Shown here in pieces: positions 11,516 to 24,035 of a DNA stretch of 57,078 bases. The stretch's first letter is position 1, and each line of letters starts with the position of its first letter. The stretch is from Vicugna vicugna (Eukaryota), in assembly GCA_013265495.1 (NCBI GenBank), contig MU058793.1, positions 858,060 through 915,137 on the forward strand, in the 5' to 3' direction. The translations under genes were made by a program, and so were the position numbers. Under the pieces are notes generated by a model. The model was given only the letters and a program-made list of their open reading frames with translations. It was not told the origin of the DNA and did no database searches.

Positions 11516-13548
11516 ACCGTGGTAATTCATCAGTTGTATAGAAATAGAGGACACAGACAAATATGTTTTCCAGACTTTAAGAAAACAAATATTTTAAATT
11601 CAGGCAAGAAGATAGATCGGTCCATTAAGCTCAAAAACAAATTTTATTCATTCATTTAACAAACATTTATTGGTTACTCACTACATGTCAGACAATGAAT
11701 TTAGATGTGTAACAGGAGAAATAGTGTGACATTTTTCAAGTGTATTTTTATAATTTGGTCTTTCTTACCAACTGAGTTAGAAAACTTTTCCTAGAATGTC
11801 CTCAGGAGGAGGCGACAGGAAAAGGTCGTGGGTTTGTCATTCGGAAAGCTACCTTCTCTGTTCATACATCAGACTAGCCCTCAGGTCGCAGTTAGAAACG
11901 CAAATGAGGAGCTCAGGGTCACAGTCAAGATGGCTTTTCAGTGACTTGACATAGCCACACCAGGGACCAAGTGCCTCTGTGTTCCAGAACAGCTTCTTTT
12001 TTTTGTCTTGCCATATTACATCCATTATGGATATCTAACATTGAGGGGATTCATCAAAATTTAAATTACACACAGGAGCCAAAAAGTAGTAGTCAGCGTC
12101 TGCATGCTTTCTCTCTCTGTCTCATTCTCTCTCTCTCTTCTTTTATTTCTATTTTTTCTTTGTTTTTTTTTTCTTTTTTTCAGTTTAAAGAAACAGAATT
12201 GCTCTCAGAACTCAGGGGAGATTTTCAAAATCAAATCAGAAGCAGATCTTGGACAGCTAGCTGGCCATCATGTTGGGAGAAAAGGGATGACCAACAGACA
12301 TTGCCTAATTTGAGTTAACTCCGCAATAATTCTTTGGTGATCTCAGATTTAGCAGAAGAAAGGCTGAAGCTCTGTCCTGTTGACCTGAGTTGCCAACAGT
12401 CACAACTCCCAATATTAATTAAACAGACATTCATTTGTAAAGCAGGCACTAAGCGGTTCACATGACCAGTTCCGGGCCATAATGAAGTTCCAGCTTTCTG
12501 ACTTCCAAGCTGCTCCAACATTTCCCTGTATAAAAAGTTTGCTCCAAGAATATTAGAACAGGCTTTTACAACTACAAACTGGAATCATGTTATCAGAAAT
12601 CCTCCTAAATCAATGGTTGGACACAGGATTGATTAAGGATAACATACAGATGACATCCCTAAAGGTACAGGCTACAAGACTGCAGGCTAGGTTCATACAA
12701 GGGAGGAGAACGTCTTTAATCCACATATTTTAGCCCAAGCTGCTTATCTGAAGCTCATTTTGAACGTTCATCAAACTAATTAACAGTCACTAGATTTGCC
12801 AATAAAAATCCGTTTTTTATACCAGTGTGCTAATTAGCAAATCCATTGCTAGTGATCTCTAAATGATGGAAAAGGACTTACAGTGGCGGCCTCTGGAGTC
12901 GGGCTCCATGTGTAGTGATTCACCCTAGACTGTGCACGCTGACCACCGGACAAGTTAACTGGCACATGCCTACTAATCCCATCAATTATACTAAAGTACC
13001 TTAAAAGAAATTGTACAGATATTGTAATATGCTAGGAGGAAAAAAATGCCTCTTGTTATTGGTTTAGAGCAAACCAGGTAGAGAGCAAAATCCTTAAGGA
13101 TCAACTCCATCCCTGGAATCTGAGGTCACCAAGTTGTAAAGGTAGAGAAAAAAAAAAAAATGTCCCTGCAGCTTCCTGAGAGATCCAAGAACTAATGCAA
13201 GTTTGCAAAGGGACAGAGAGGCCTCTGTGATATACAAGATGTACAAGAATTTATACCGTATATATGTCAAGTGAAGTCTTTTCTTCTGGAAACACACAAA
13301 AATGATATCTTGTCTTCTGATTTGGGCTTATTTCCTCATTTCCTTCGGCAAGTGCTTTGCTCCCTTTCCAAAATAAATCACCTATTTTACTTTAAGAACA
13401 ATTTTTTTTAAGTAATAGACATGACATTTCTCACTGTCCCACCATGGAATTTGGGAAAGTGCACCAGGTTCGTGGACCATTTTCCAGGTCCTTTTCCAAT
13501 GGACTTATAATCTAAATTCCTTGAGTTAACAAATGAAAAACCAATGGG

Positions 13549-13698
13549 CTAGAGCCTCCAGAAGAAATACCACCCTGCCAAAACCTTGATTTTTTTTAGT
13601 GAGGTTTTTGACCTACAAACCTGTAAGATAATAAATTTGTGTTGTTTTAAGCCAGAAAGTTTATGATAATTTGTTATGGTGGCAACAGGAAACATACA
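13549..13698 (+). mobile_element. MLT1C/D LTR 3' fragment
   Basis: CTAGAGCCTCCAGAAG..CTGTAAGATAATAAATTTGTGTTGTTTTAAGCCA..GCAACAGGAAAC..ACA. Confidence 0.75.
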
Positions 13699-13884
13699 GA
13701 AAGGAAGAAAGGGAGAGGAGGAGAAATATGGGAAGGGAGGAGATGGAAAAAAAGGAAGAGTCACTCATGTCTTCCTGGGGCTCAGCCACTTGTGCCTCTC
13801 GAGGGCCGTGATGGCACGTGTCCAGCACCCAGCCCCTGCTCAGTCCACAGCAGGTGTTGAGCTCCTTGAATTAGTATCAGCAAA

Positions 13885-14090
13885 CATGTAACAGCCCCCA
13901 TGATTTGCCAGGCACTGGCCTAAGTGCTTCATTTACATTTGTTTGGTCCTCATAAATACTCTAAGGGAAGTACAATTATTGTCCCATGTTACAGATGAGG
14001 AGACCCAGAGAGTGGAATTCTGAGAAGCTTGCCCAAGGTGACACGGCTATTAGATGGGAGAGCCAGGTTTCAAACCCAAGCAATCTGGCC
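13885..14090 (-). mobile_element. MIR SINE
   Basis: GCCAGGCACTGGCCTAAGTGCTT..TTACAGATGAGGAGACCCAGAG..TTGCCCAAGGTGACAC. Confidence 0.75.
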
Positions 14091-14964
14091 CTAGTTGGTA
14101 CAATTTCTTACTGCCGCTGCTGGACGGTGGACAGAGAGAGAAAACAAGAAGGAGCCAGAGATAAGAGGGAAATAAAGATGGGGTCTGTTTTCCTCCAATG
14201 TTTCCCACTGTCTGCCTGGTTTCAAAGGCAGTCGCCATATAGGGTCTACTCCATCCAACAGGTCATGAGTGCAGGAATGGACCACCCAACTCCAGGGGTT
14301 CCACCACCATGCCTGCTAGTTTCTATTGCCCCTGCCCAGCTGCCTGGGAGGGTCTGAGGAGACTCCAGAACCCAGCTCTAACAAGCATGTGGAAATGGAT
14401 GGGTCACATATAAGCCAATTATGGCTGGCAGCCGCGTTTGGGAAAATCACTTTCCCTGGAACCAATTGGGAGCCCGTTTTGGAGATAAAAGGGACAGCAC
14501 ATTAGTCTCTGTGGCCAGAAGCAGCTTTTATGCATTTCACGGAGCAAAGGGAACCTGAAACATTTTGAAATGAGAAAATGGGGTACAGCCAAATTGCTCA
14601 GTCAAGGCATTTAAAGGGTCTTTAGTGTGACATTCCATACAGGACCTAGCAGCTCATTCAAACATGCAGGTAGAGACTAACACCCGTCTGTCTAGAACAT
14701 GTGTGCATTTCTTTCCTTACACCCCTCCACAGGTTTCATTCAATGCTTTTGTCATTAAGACATCCCATCACGTATCTGCAGAAATGAGGGTTAGGGAAAG
14801 CCTGAACAAGTGAAATTCCCAGATAGACTGAAATCTCATTATTTGCAATTAGTTAAACCTCCTTTCCCATCCAAGTCTTTTATCAGCATCAATTTCAGGA
14901 GTTAAACAGTAGCACCTTAGAGAAAGGCCTATGTCACAGAGTCATAGAATCAGAGAACCTAATA

Positions 14965-15440
14965 CAGATCTTCCCCAACTTACGATGAGGTATTGCAAAT
15001 TAAAAATATTGTAAGTTGAAAATGTATTTCATATATCTAACCTACTGAACATCACAGCTTATCCTCTCCTACCTCAAACGTGCTCAGAATACTTGCTTTA
15101 GCCTACAGTTGAGTAAAATCATCTAACACAAAGCCTTTTTACAAAAAAAAGTGTTGAATATTTCACGTAACTTTAAATATTTATATTTATTAAATACTGT
15201 ACTGAAAGTGAAAAACAGAATGGTTATAAGGGTATATGTTGTTTACCTTGGAGATCATGTGGCTGACTGGGAGCTGTGGCCCGCTGCCACTGGCCAGCAT
15301 AACAAGAGAGTATCTTAGCTCATATTGTTAGTGTGGAAAAAGATCAACATTCAAAATCTGAAGTACAGTTTCAACTGAATTCCTATTGCTTCACACCATC
15401 GTGAAGTCAAAAAACCATTTTGTAAGTGAGGGACCATCTG
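14965..15440 (+). mobile_element. Tigger5b/MER47-like TcMar-Tigger fossil
   Basis: Termini CAGATCTTCCCCAACTTACG / TGTAAGTGAGGGACCATCTG flanked by TA duplications (14963-64, 15441-42); internal CCTACCTCAAACGTGCTCAGAA, TACTGAAAGTGAAAAACAGAATGGTT. Confidence 0.8.
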
Positions 15441-15599
15441 TACTTGAAAAGAGTTAGAGGTCACTGAGTTTAACCCAGAGGAACAGTCAGACTGAAAAGT
15501 TTGGGGAAGCTTCAGGGAAAATCAAGTGCAGGACCAAAATTTTTAGCTTAGACATGATTTTTTTTTTTTTCGGTCTGGGAACATGACAATGATTGTAGT

Positions 15600-15780
15600 A
15601 AGTGGTCAGTCAGCCTTTGCTTGAATGCAACCAGTAATAGGAAATTCACCACTACAGATGACAATTCAATCCTCCACATCTCTAACCTAAAGAGGAAAGA
15701 AAACCTTTCCTATGTTAGACCCACATCTACCACCTTGAATACCTCCAATGAGGTCATGACTCCTTGAGGACTGACTGACT
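15600..15780 (-). mobile_element. L3/CR1 LINE fragment
   Basis: CAGCCTTTGCTTGAATGC..AGGAAATTCACCAC, homologous to the 29460-29760 copy. Confidence 0.5.
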
Positions 15781-15974
15781 TTCAGAGATTGTCTCCAAGA
15801 TGTTCCTTTAGTGCCTCAGCAGACTGAAGGCCATAAGTGTAGCCATCAGCACACACACAAACACACACACAGTTTATTTGCTGGCCTGACTTCTCTGCAG
15901 ATGACCAGCCCAAATATAACATCAAAAGAAGGTGAAGTGTATGAGGTCTCAGTTTCCATCCCTGGCATCTCCAC

Positions 15975-16120
15975 CAAAAAAAAAAAAGAATGAGGAAATA
16001 AGAGAAGGGGGACAGAAGAGAAAGAGAAAGGAGAAGAAGAAAGAGAGGAAGAAAGAAAAAGAAAGAAGGAAAGAGTAAAAAAGTGTGGAAGGAAAAAGAG
16101 AAGGAGAAAGAAAAGAAGAT
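15975..16120 (+). repeat. Purine-rich (GA/A) low-complexity tract
   Basis: ~145 nt almost entirely A/G. Confidence 0.85.
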
Positions 16121-18645
16121 GGGATGGTGGTACGGTTTCATGGGATGGCGTAGACACTAGCTGCTTTGCCCTATAAAAGGGGAAAGTTGGATCGGGAAAT
16201 ATTGCCATTGTCCATAGACATTCAGTGGAACACCGTTCAGTTCTTTACAAAAATCATGTTTTATAAAATTCAATAGAAGAATAAATACTGGAAATATTCA
16301 CAATATATTGCCAAGTGAAATGAGGGTATAAAGCATGTAAAGCATAATTTCATTTTTAAATCTCTATGCTATTTATTTCTATCTATAGACAAAATTGATA
16401 CTATTTTCAGTAAACATAGATTCATTTATACACGTAGTGATTATCTCTGGATTGGGTAATAACATAATGTTCTGAATATATATTTTTTCCCAATATTTCT
16501 GTTGTGTTTCAAATTTCCTGCATTGATCAGTATTACTTTTATAAATAACTTTTTAAAAATTAATTTAGAAATAAAGCCTGAGACCTATGAGACATTCTGG
16601 ACTTCTGGTCTATTTGCAAGGATGCTTTTACAATGGGAAAACGAGGTATGGCTGTTTGGGGTCACATCTAGAACTGAAGAACTTTAGTGGTGTAAGGAGA
16701 CTCCATAATGATGTAATTGAAACTTTTCATTAGAAACATTGGGAATTGAGTCCCAGAAAGCTAAGTGACTTGCACAAATTCACACAGCTATGATGACTGG
16801 TGAGACTCTTGTACAGTGAAGGCTGTAGCTACACAAAGCCAAAACAGTCCTCTTATTCAAGCAAGATGTCAAAAATTGGGATACATGAGGCATGGAGAGG
16901 GGACCAGCAGGGCACATCTTCCAGCTGGAGTTGATGCCTAAAGATTTACGAATCAACGTGCCCATTTGTACACGGTCCAAGCTCAGATCAGTGGTCAGGA
17001 TCAAAACACGCAGCCTCAGCTTGATGAAGACAGGCCATCCGACTGTGGCTGACATCTAAACAGCACTTATGACGTCCACGCTGTTATTTTTCTCAGCAGT
17101 CCCTTAGCGATGTAAAGAATTTTTTTGCAAGTGACCGACAGCAGAGCTAGATCCAATATAATCAAGGCCCTCAGAAACCATCCTGAATTTTCTCCCTTGG
17201 GCACCAAAGGAGAGACATCTAAAGACTGGAGTCTCCTGGCATGCTAACTCACTCTCCCTAAAAAGCTGCAAGCCAAACCTACAACAGTTCTCTATGCAAA
17301 GAGAAACTGATTCATTTCAAAAATTGCTTTCTGATCAAAAGCAACAACAAAACCATAGTCATACCATGTCAGAACCGGACAGGATCTTGAAAACCGTCCA
17401 GCCCAAGTCTCTTGCTTTGCAGATGAGGAAATTGAGATCCTTCTGTTCTTAGAGTAAGTGTCCCTAACCCTGCCATCCCTCAGCTCCATAGAAGAATCAA
17501 TGTCTTCTCCTTTACTAGACTATAAACTCCAGAAGATAAAAGACCATCGCTCTCTTGTTTTCTGAGATGGGTGTATGCACGCAGGCATGAATAGATTCCC
17601 ACGATTACAGAGCATTTTAATGTCAGAGCTGAGACAAGAATTCAGATTTTCTAATTTCCAGCCCAGTTGTCCCCAATATTTGATAGTCAAGCCTCATTAT
17701 GTTCAGGAACAGTGTTGCCCATATTGGTAATCCACCACACCAACACGCTTGACATAAAAGGAATATTGACTATTAGCTATTTCCAAAAATGAAATCTACC
17801 CTTGAAGGATAAAGATTTTCCACTCACTGGATTTTCAAAAGAAATATACATCTATTCATTCACTCGGCAAATAATTCCTGAGCACCTAGTATGCACCATG
17901 TACTGTGCCAGGCACTTGCCGCATGTCGTTGGGGTATTAAGATTATATATGATGTTATTTTCATTTCTCTGTTTTCTTAACATTCTGCAATGTAATAGCT
18001 ACATTTATAATTTTTTAAAAAATCTTTAAGAGAACATTCCAAGATAAATAGCATTCCATATGCTTGTAATTTTTTAAACTTCCAGAGTTACAGCAATATC
18101 CTGGGAGGGTTAAGCCTGCCAAGTAACTGTTGGAGGACCAACTTCATATTAATTTGTAAGTACTGATTCAAGTGTGGAACATGAGTCTCATGATCTTAGA
18201 CACATTTATAATATTCTGAGTGCAAATTCCAGCCACAAAACCTATTTCCTGTGCTTGGGACAAGTTATTCCTAATTCCATAGCAATTGGGAGCTAGAAGA
18301 GGCGTCTGCCTGAAGCCAGCTCTGGGAGTGTTAGCGAGGCCTCAAAATGAGCATCTCATGGGACTGCAATTGCTGCCACTGACCCCAAGCAAAGAATAGA
18401 GTCATCCTTGCTTATAAAACTCACAACAGAGTGGGTAGGCATTTTTTCAGTCAAAGGCTTGAGAGCTGAATGAAATGCGTGAACAAATGAACAAGTGAAT
18501 TTCAAGAAAATCAAAAGTGTTGAAGAATGCCAGAGAGGTCTTCTGGCCATTTGAACTCCCCTAATCTTCGGGGGAAAAAAATTTCTCCCTGAAGCTATTC
18601 TTTGACACCTGGCATTTCACCACACATAGCCCCATTGCTTTAGAA

Positions 18646-18838
18646 GAGGGATTGCCAAACTACAGCCCACAGCCTGCTTTGTAAATAAAGTTTTATTAGA
18701 ACACAGCCATACCATTTGTTTATTGCCTATGGCTGCGTTCTAATGGCAGAATTGAATACTGGCCACAGAGATCCTATGGCCTGTGAGGCAGAAAACAGTT
18801 ACTGTCTGGCACTTCACAGAAGAAGTTTATTGACCTCT
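18646..18838 (+). mobile_element. MER58A (hAT-Charlie)
   Basis: GGGATTGCCAAACTACAGCCC..TGTAAATAAAGTTTTATTAGAACACAGCCA..CACAGAAGAAGTTT. Confidence 0.8.
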
Positions 18839-20388
18839 ACTTTAGATTACACGCCTTTAAAATATCACAGGTGATAGTAATACTCAGTGTGAATTAATTT
18901 ATCCCAAGGTCACTTAGCTGTTTTGGTAGGGGAAGGGGTACAGAAAACTTGAGGATGCTAGTGTGTTAGAGAGAACATTTCAAGGCAGAAAATGAGCATG
19001 AAAAGGGAAAAAATGGGAGACTGGTAAATAGACTTCATCTCTTTTTACAGTTCTGCTGGCCCTGAGATTAAAATGGAGACGAGGCTAAGAACTAAGAACT
19101 GGCAAGTTTTGAATAGTAGAGTGTCAGACTTCAGAACCAAACCCAAATTGTTCTCTTTTCCAATTAAAAGAAAACTCAATATTCTGATTTTTCTTCCTTA
19201 GAACAGGTCCCTCTGCTTTCAGATGTGTCACTTTGCTTCCATTTCTCTGTGGTCCAAAGAGTGAGAGAAATTGTTTTAGGTTCCACTCATACCAAGTAAT
19301 GCACTTCTGATTTTTTTTTTCTCTCAGCTGACCTCATTTAACAGGGTGGAAGGCAGCTTTTCCCAGCCTATTAAGACTTCAATAAAATCATCCATTTCTA
19401 GTTAACTGGAATAGTATTCACATTTATAGTTGCGTATTAATTGGCTGATAACGAGATGATAAAGCTGCTTTTCTCTGCAGGTGTACCAATCAATTTCAAT
19501 GAAACTGGAAAAAATGAGTTCTTTTCTTGTTGTATCTGAAATTAAAAAGTGATTTATATTTTCTAATAAAGTGCTTTTCATTGATCTCCTTCTGAAAATG
19601 TGTGGTTTCATTTGCACCCTTTTAAATTATAATAGTTTCCGTTTGTAAAAGAATGATTTTCCAATATCATTTCTGGCCTTCAATTGATGATTAACTTTAA
19701 TATAGATTTGAAGGAGAATGTTGGGAAGTAGGTTATTAAGAGACTCCATGCCCACACCCCACACCCCCCAAAAAAATCTGCAACTTTTAATGATCTTAAT
19801 ATCCTCAGACTACGAAATTCTTTTTCTAAATGCAGTGTTCTCAGAGAAAGTTATGTTTCCCCCCCAAGAAATCCATTTTTCTATTTCACAAGTTTCCTTT
19901 TGTCATAGAATTTTATGCCTGTACTGATTGTGTTCCATTTTTGTTGTGTCAGCCTGGCTGCAGGGCAAATGTGGAAAGGAAAGTTTTTTCTCTTTCTTCC
20001 TCCCGTCACTAACAGCAAATTCTTACTTGGAGATGCACATGGAATCCTGTTGTTATCAGCTGAATTCTGGCAGATGTGAAAACCAGCAGAGCAATTACGT
20101 TTCACTTTAATTTAGTATTATGGTCTTCTGGGCCATAATAATTAAGCAGCCATGAAAGGAAGCTATATTCTGAACACAGGATGGGAAAAATCACAGAGTC
20201 TGGGGCTAGATTCTGTTGAGGAATCACAGTCAAGTCTCTGTCACCAGAAGCAACTGAATTCATCTTCAAGCTGGAGATTCTTTGTAAACAGGTGTGGAGC
20301 AGAGTCAAGAGACCACGTGGGCATTAGACTCAATTTGAAACAGATACCAGAGGCTTTGTGTATCCACACAGGAGATGAATGCTCACTG

Positions 20389-20436
20389 ATGAATGGATGG
20401 ATGGATGGATGGATGGATGGACGGATGGATGGATGA
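20389..20436 (+). repeat. (GGAT)n microsatellite
   Basis: Direct reading. Confidence 0.9.
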
Positions 20437-21129
20437 ATAGAGCAAAGATCACCTTTTTGGTAGTATTTGAGTGCCCTGTACACAAAAATATGTCCCTCCC
20501 TCTGAGTCTCATAGTGCCTGAATATGCCCCTTCAGTCCCAGATGATTTTATCTAGATTAAATATTACCCTCTTCCAAGTTCCTTTTTTAATATTCCCTGA
20601 AGGGACAAGATTTGGATGGCTCATACTGCAGCATGGTTTACTTTATCACCTGCCTTCCCATGTCTCAGAAAAGTGTCGACTACCTAATGACCGTGGGCAT
20701 AACAGCAGGGCCAGGAGGATGGTCAAAGGTGGTGTGGAGGTGAGCAGTAACGGAGAAGTCCTCTCAGCTCTGCAGAGGGCTCTGTTTCTGCTACAGTCCC
20801 AAGTATAATTCTCCCCAGGCCTCCAGCCCTCCTTTAAACTCTCAAAGAGTAACTGTCCATCAATTTCTCAAGTCAAGAACAGCCAGGGCTGAGGATCAAT
20901 GACTTCTGTCTTCACTTGAAAATAAAAATGATGACAAAAATAAATTTTAAAAATTTAAAATATATTTCATAGTTATATATAAATCACATTCTATGCATAC
21001 ATAATTGTATTATATAATACATGTTATTTAATACTATAAAAATAATATCATTATCTAGTACAATGTATTAAATATAAATAAAATAAATTATTTTAAAAAT
21101 TATAAAAATAAATAAAAAGAAGAGGAGGA

Positions 21130-21315
21130 GGGTTTATTGAGCCCCTACTGTGTGCCACGCACTTCCACGCATTATCTGACTTAGTCTTCCACATAATGTC
21201 CCTTCGTTGCCTGCTGAGGCAGTTGAGTTGTTTCCCCAAGGCCACACAGCAAGTAAGGGACAGAGCCAGGATGTGAACCCAGATACACATGACTCTCCAA
21301 AGTCCATGCTTCAAA
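21130..21315 (-). mobile_element. MIR SINE
   Basis: TTTATTGAGCCCCTACTGTGTGCCA..CCCAAGGCCACACAGCAAGTAAGGGACAGAGCCAGGA. Confidence 0.75.
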
Positions 21316-21438
21316 ATCCATCCCCTCTTCTACTTTGGCCTGCTATTAAAAATAAACATTTTAAATAAATAAATAAATAAACACTTTAGGGAAATTCGGT
21401 AGAGCAAATAACTCAATTTCTTCAACAAATAAATTGCA

Positions 21439-21569
21439 GGGGAGAAGGCTATAGCTCAGAGGTAGAGTGTGCACTTAGCATTCACGAGGGCCTGGCTTCA
21501 ATTCCCAGTACCTCCATTAAAATAAATAAATGAACCTAATTACCTCCCCCCTAAAATAAATTTTTTTTT
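21439..21569 (+). mobile_element. Vic-1-like SINE
   Basis: tRNA-Ala-like head; TSD AATAAATTGCA at 21428-21438 and 21570-21580. Confidence 0.9.
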
Positions 21570-21595
21570 AATAAATTGCAAAGAAAAAAGAGACA

Positions 21596-22312
21596 AGAGG
21601 ATTCTAGCCCATACCCTCAGCCCTTGGATACAAACACAAAAGGCTGTCCTGCCCCTGGGGCCGCTAGATTAAACATTCAGAGATTTTCACTCCCTGATAG
21701 GCAGGGTCAATGCCCCTACTCAGCCTGGAAGCAGTTTCAGAAGACGGACCTTCGCCCCTCTGCAACCCCATAAGATTATGGGAGTAAAATCTCTGAGTGA
21801 GGAATCAGACAGGAAGGGGGCAGGGCACAGCCATTCAAGGAATGCTACAGCAATTAACATCAAAATGGTGATAGATTCAACTCCCATTAGGCCTTGAGGC
21901 TCAAGATGATGGGAGCTTTAACTTCTAGCAGATCTTGAGCTTCATTATATGCTCATTGTAATATATTAACATGGTGAATAACACACCCACAGGCACCATG
22001 GCAGTCCCAAGGCTAGCCACAAAAGCTCAAAAGAGTGGGAAATGGCCAACTTCCTGGGAATCCCAGCACCTTCCTCAGGCTACTTTGACTGGTCCTTCCA
22101 CTTATTAGCATATGAAGCTACCAAGCCCATAAAAACTGCCAACAGGCGCCTAGCAGCTGCTCCTCTCCCTCTCTCTCCATTCAGAGATGGCCCGCAGTCT
22201 GTCTATGTAATGTGTACCTACTTTTAATCTGAGCACCCAGCCCCCACACCTCGAGGCCTTTCTCTTGCCTTTCAATGTATCTCTCTGAATAAACCTACCT
22301 TTACTCAAAAAA
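21596..22312 (+). mobile_element. Processed (L1-retroposed) copy of a MER41-like ERV1 transcript: internal 3' end, PPT, U3-R, poly(A)
   Basis: PPT-like GAGTGAGGAA 21795-21804; LTR from 21805 with MER41-like motifs (ACACCCACAGGCACCATGGCAGT, TTAGCATAT, CCATAAAAACT); AATAAA 22288-22293; A-run from 22307; TSD AAAAAAGAGACA at 21584-21595 and 22313-22324. Confidence 0.75.
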
Positions 22313-23399
22313 AAAAAAGAGACAGGTATATCAACCACAGGCCATATATCAACCATATACGAGATTTGCTTGGATTCTAATTTAAACAAACCATTTGTTT
22401 AAAGAAAAGAAAGAAGGGAGGAAGAGAGGATGGAAGGAAGGAAACAAGGAAGGAAAAGCGAGAAAGAGGACTCACTCAGGGAAATTTCACTGGATATTTG
22501 ATGATATTAATGAATTATTGTTAATATTTTTTGGCTGATAGTAATATTCTGTTAATTTTCTTAAACAGAAGAGTCATAGTGTGATATTTGCAGCTGAAAT
22601 TAACATCTGAGACTGGCTTCAAAGTCACCCAGTGGAGAAGGAGGGTATAGAAAATGAGACTGGCTTGGGTTCAAAACTGCTGAAGCTGGGTATTAAGTAC
22701 CCGGAACTTCATCTTCTGGTCTCTTAATTTATATAAGTTTGAAACTTTCTATAATAGAAAGCTTGCCTATAAATTAACAAGAATTTTAGATGAAAGGAAA
22801 AATGGCACTTTTTAAACATATTCGCACAACTCTATGAACATACTGAAAAGCACTGAATGGAACATTTTAAAGGAGTGAACTTTATGGCATGTGAATTACA
22901 GCTCAGTAAAGATTTTTTTTAAGATGTAAACAAAAGAGACTAATGTAGATTAAAATACAGCCAATCACATCATGTTCCTAATTTTTCATCTAATATCTCT
23001 TAGTAGATGATTTTTAATAAGCACACAGATTTGGAAAAAAGAGAAAAAGAGCAACTCTGTCTTACTTGGGCTCGTCTCACGAGTTCCGGACTGTTACTCA
23101 AATGCTTTGGCTCATATCCACCAGGAGGTCTTCAGGACCTTCAAATAAATTCTAAAAGCACAAAGCAAATAAAATTGCTGACAGCGCATTCTCTTCCCAT
23201 TCCTCTTTGAGAAGGGAGGAGCTGGGGAAGCCTTGCTGTGCAGTCCCTAAGATGCTGTGAAGAAAGCTGAGGCAAGGCGGAGACGTTGTTTAGGGTATGC
23301 AGCCCAGCCCCTGGAGGAACTAACTGCCAACGTGCCTGGCCTTTGGAGAAGTGTCCAGTCCGCTCTCAGGAGGGGATTGGTCCAGCCTCCCTTGAAGTT

Positions 23400-24035
23400 C
23401 CTATCTCCTGCCCGTGGACAGTGATAAACTCCTAACTGGTCTCACTTCTTGTGTCCATAGTATTACTCACATCCTCCTCCATTGCACGCCACACTGATTA
23501 AATCCATGTCAGAGGGTTCTTATTACTCTCAAGATAAAGACCAACAGTATAACTGTGGCCTAATGTCCAGCATAGTGTGGCCTCTCATTCTCTCTCCAAT
23601 CTCATCTCACACTGATGCCTGTCTCTCTCTGAGCTCCAGGAACACTGACTTTCTTCTCTTAGTAGTCAAAAGTCCTTACACCATAGGGCCTTTGCACATG
23701 CTAACCCCTCAGCATGGTCAACACCTAGTCATCCCTGAGATCTGGAGATCTCAACACACACCAAGATTTTCTCAGAGCAAGCTGCCCTGATATCCCACAG
23801 TCAAACTCATTTTTGGTTCAAATGCATTTTTCACAGTTGGAATTTCACATTTATTTATTTGATTAGCATCCCTACTAGGCTATAAACATCATGAAGAATA
23901 AAATTACGTCTCCTTTTTCTCACCACCAGATCTCCAGGGTCACCACAAAGTCTGGCATATGGTAAGCACAGAATATCTGTCAAATAAAAAAAGGAGTTAA
24001 TGAAAGAAGAATGAATGAAGGGATGGATCAATGAA
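23400..24035 (+). mobile_element. L2 LINE 3' fragment
   Basis: CTCCTAACTGGTCTC..AGGGCCTTTGCACATGCT..CTGGCATATGGTAAGCAC..GAATGAATGAA tail. Confidence 0.7.

Larger units (their letters stand above)
21385..22760 (+). mobile_element. Old L1 (L1MC-like) 3' region hosting two younger insertions
   Basis: TTTCTTCAACAAATAAATTGCA before the inserts resumes after them as TATCAACCA..TTGGATTCTAATTTAAACAAACCA..CTGGATATTTGATGATATTAATGAATTATTGTTAAT. Confidence 0.55.

Noticed and set aside
16172..16179. Perfect TATA box CTATAAAAGGGG
   Set aside because: Isolated, beside a low-complexity tract, with no downstream ORF or exon evidence
16780..17060. 91-aa minus ORF, and a ~55-aa plus ORF (MERGPAGHIFQLELMPK...) over the same bases, in mildly CpG-rich unique sequence
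   Set aside because: No recognisable protein similarity, no convincing splice sites or promoter
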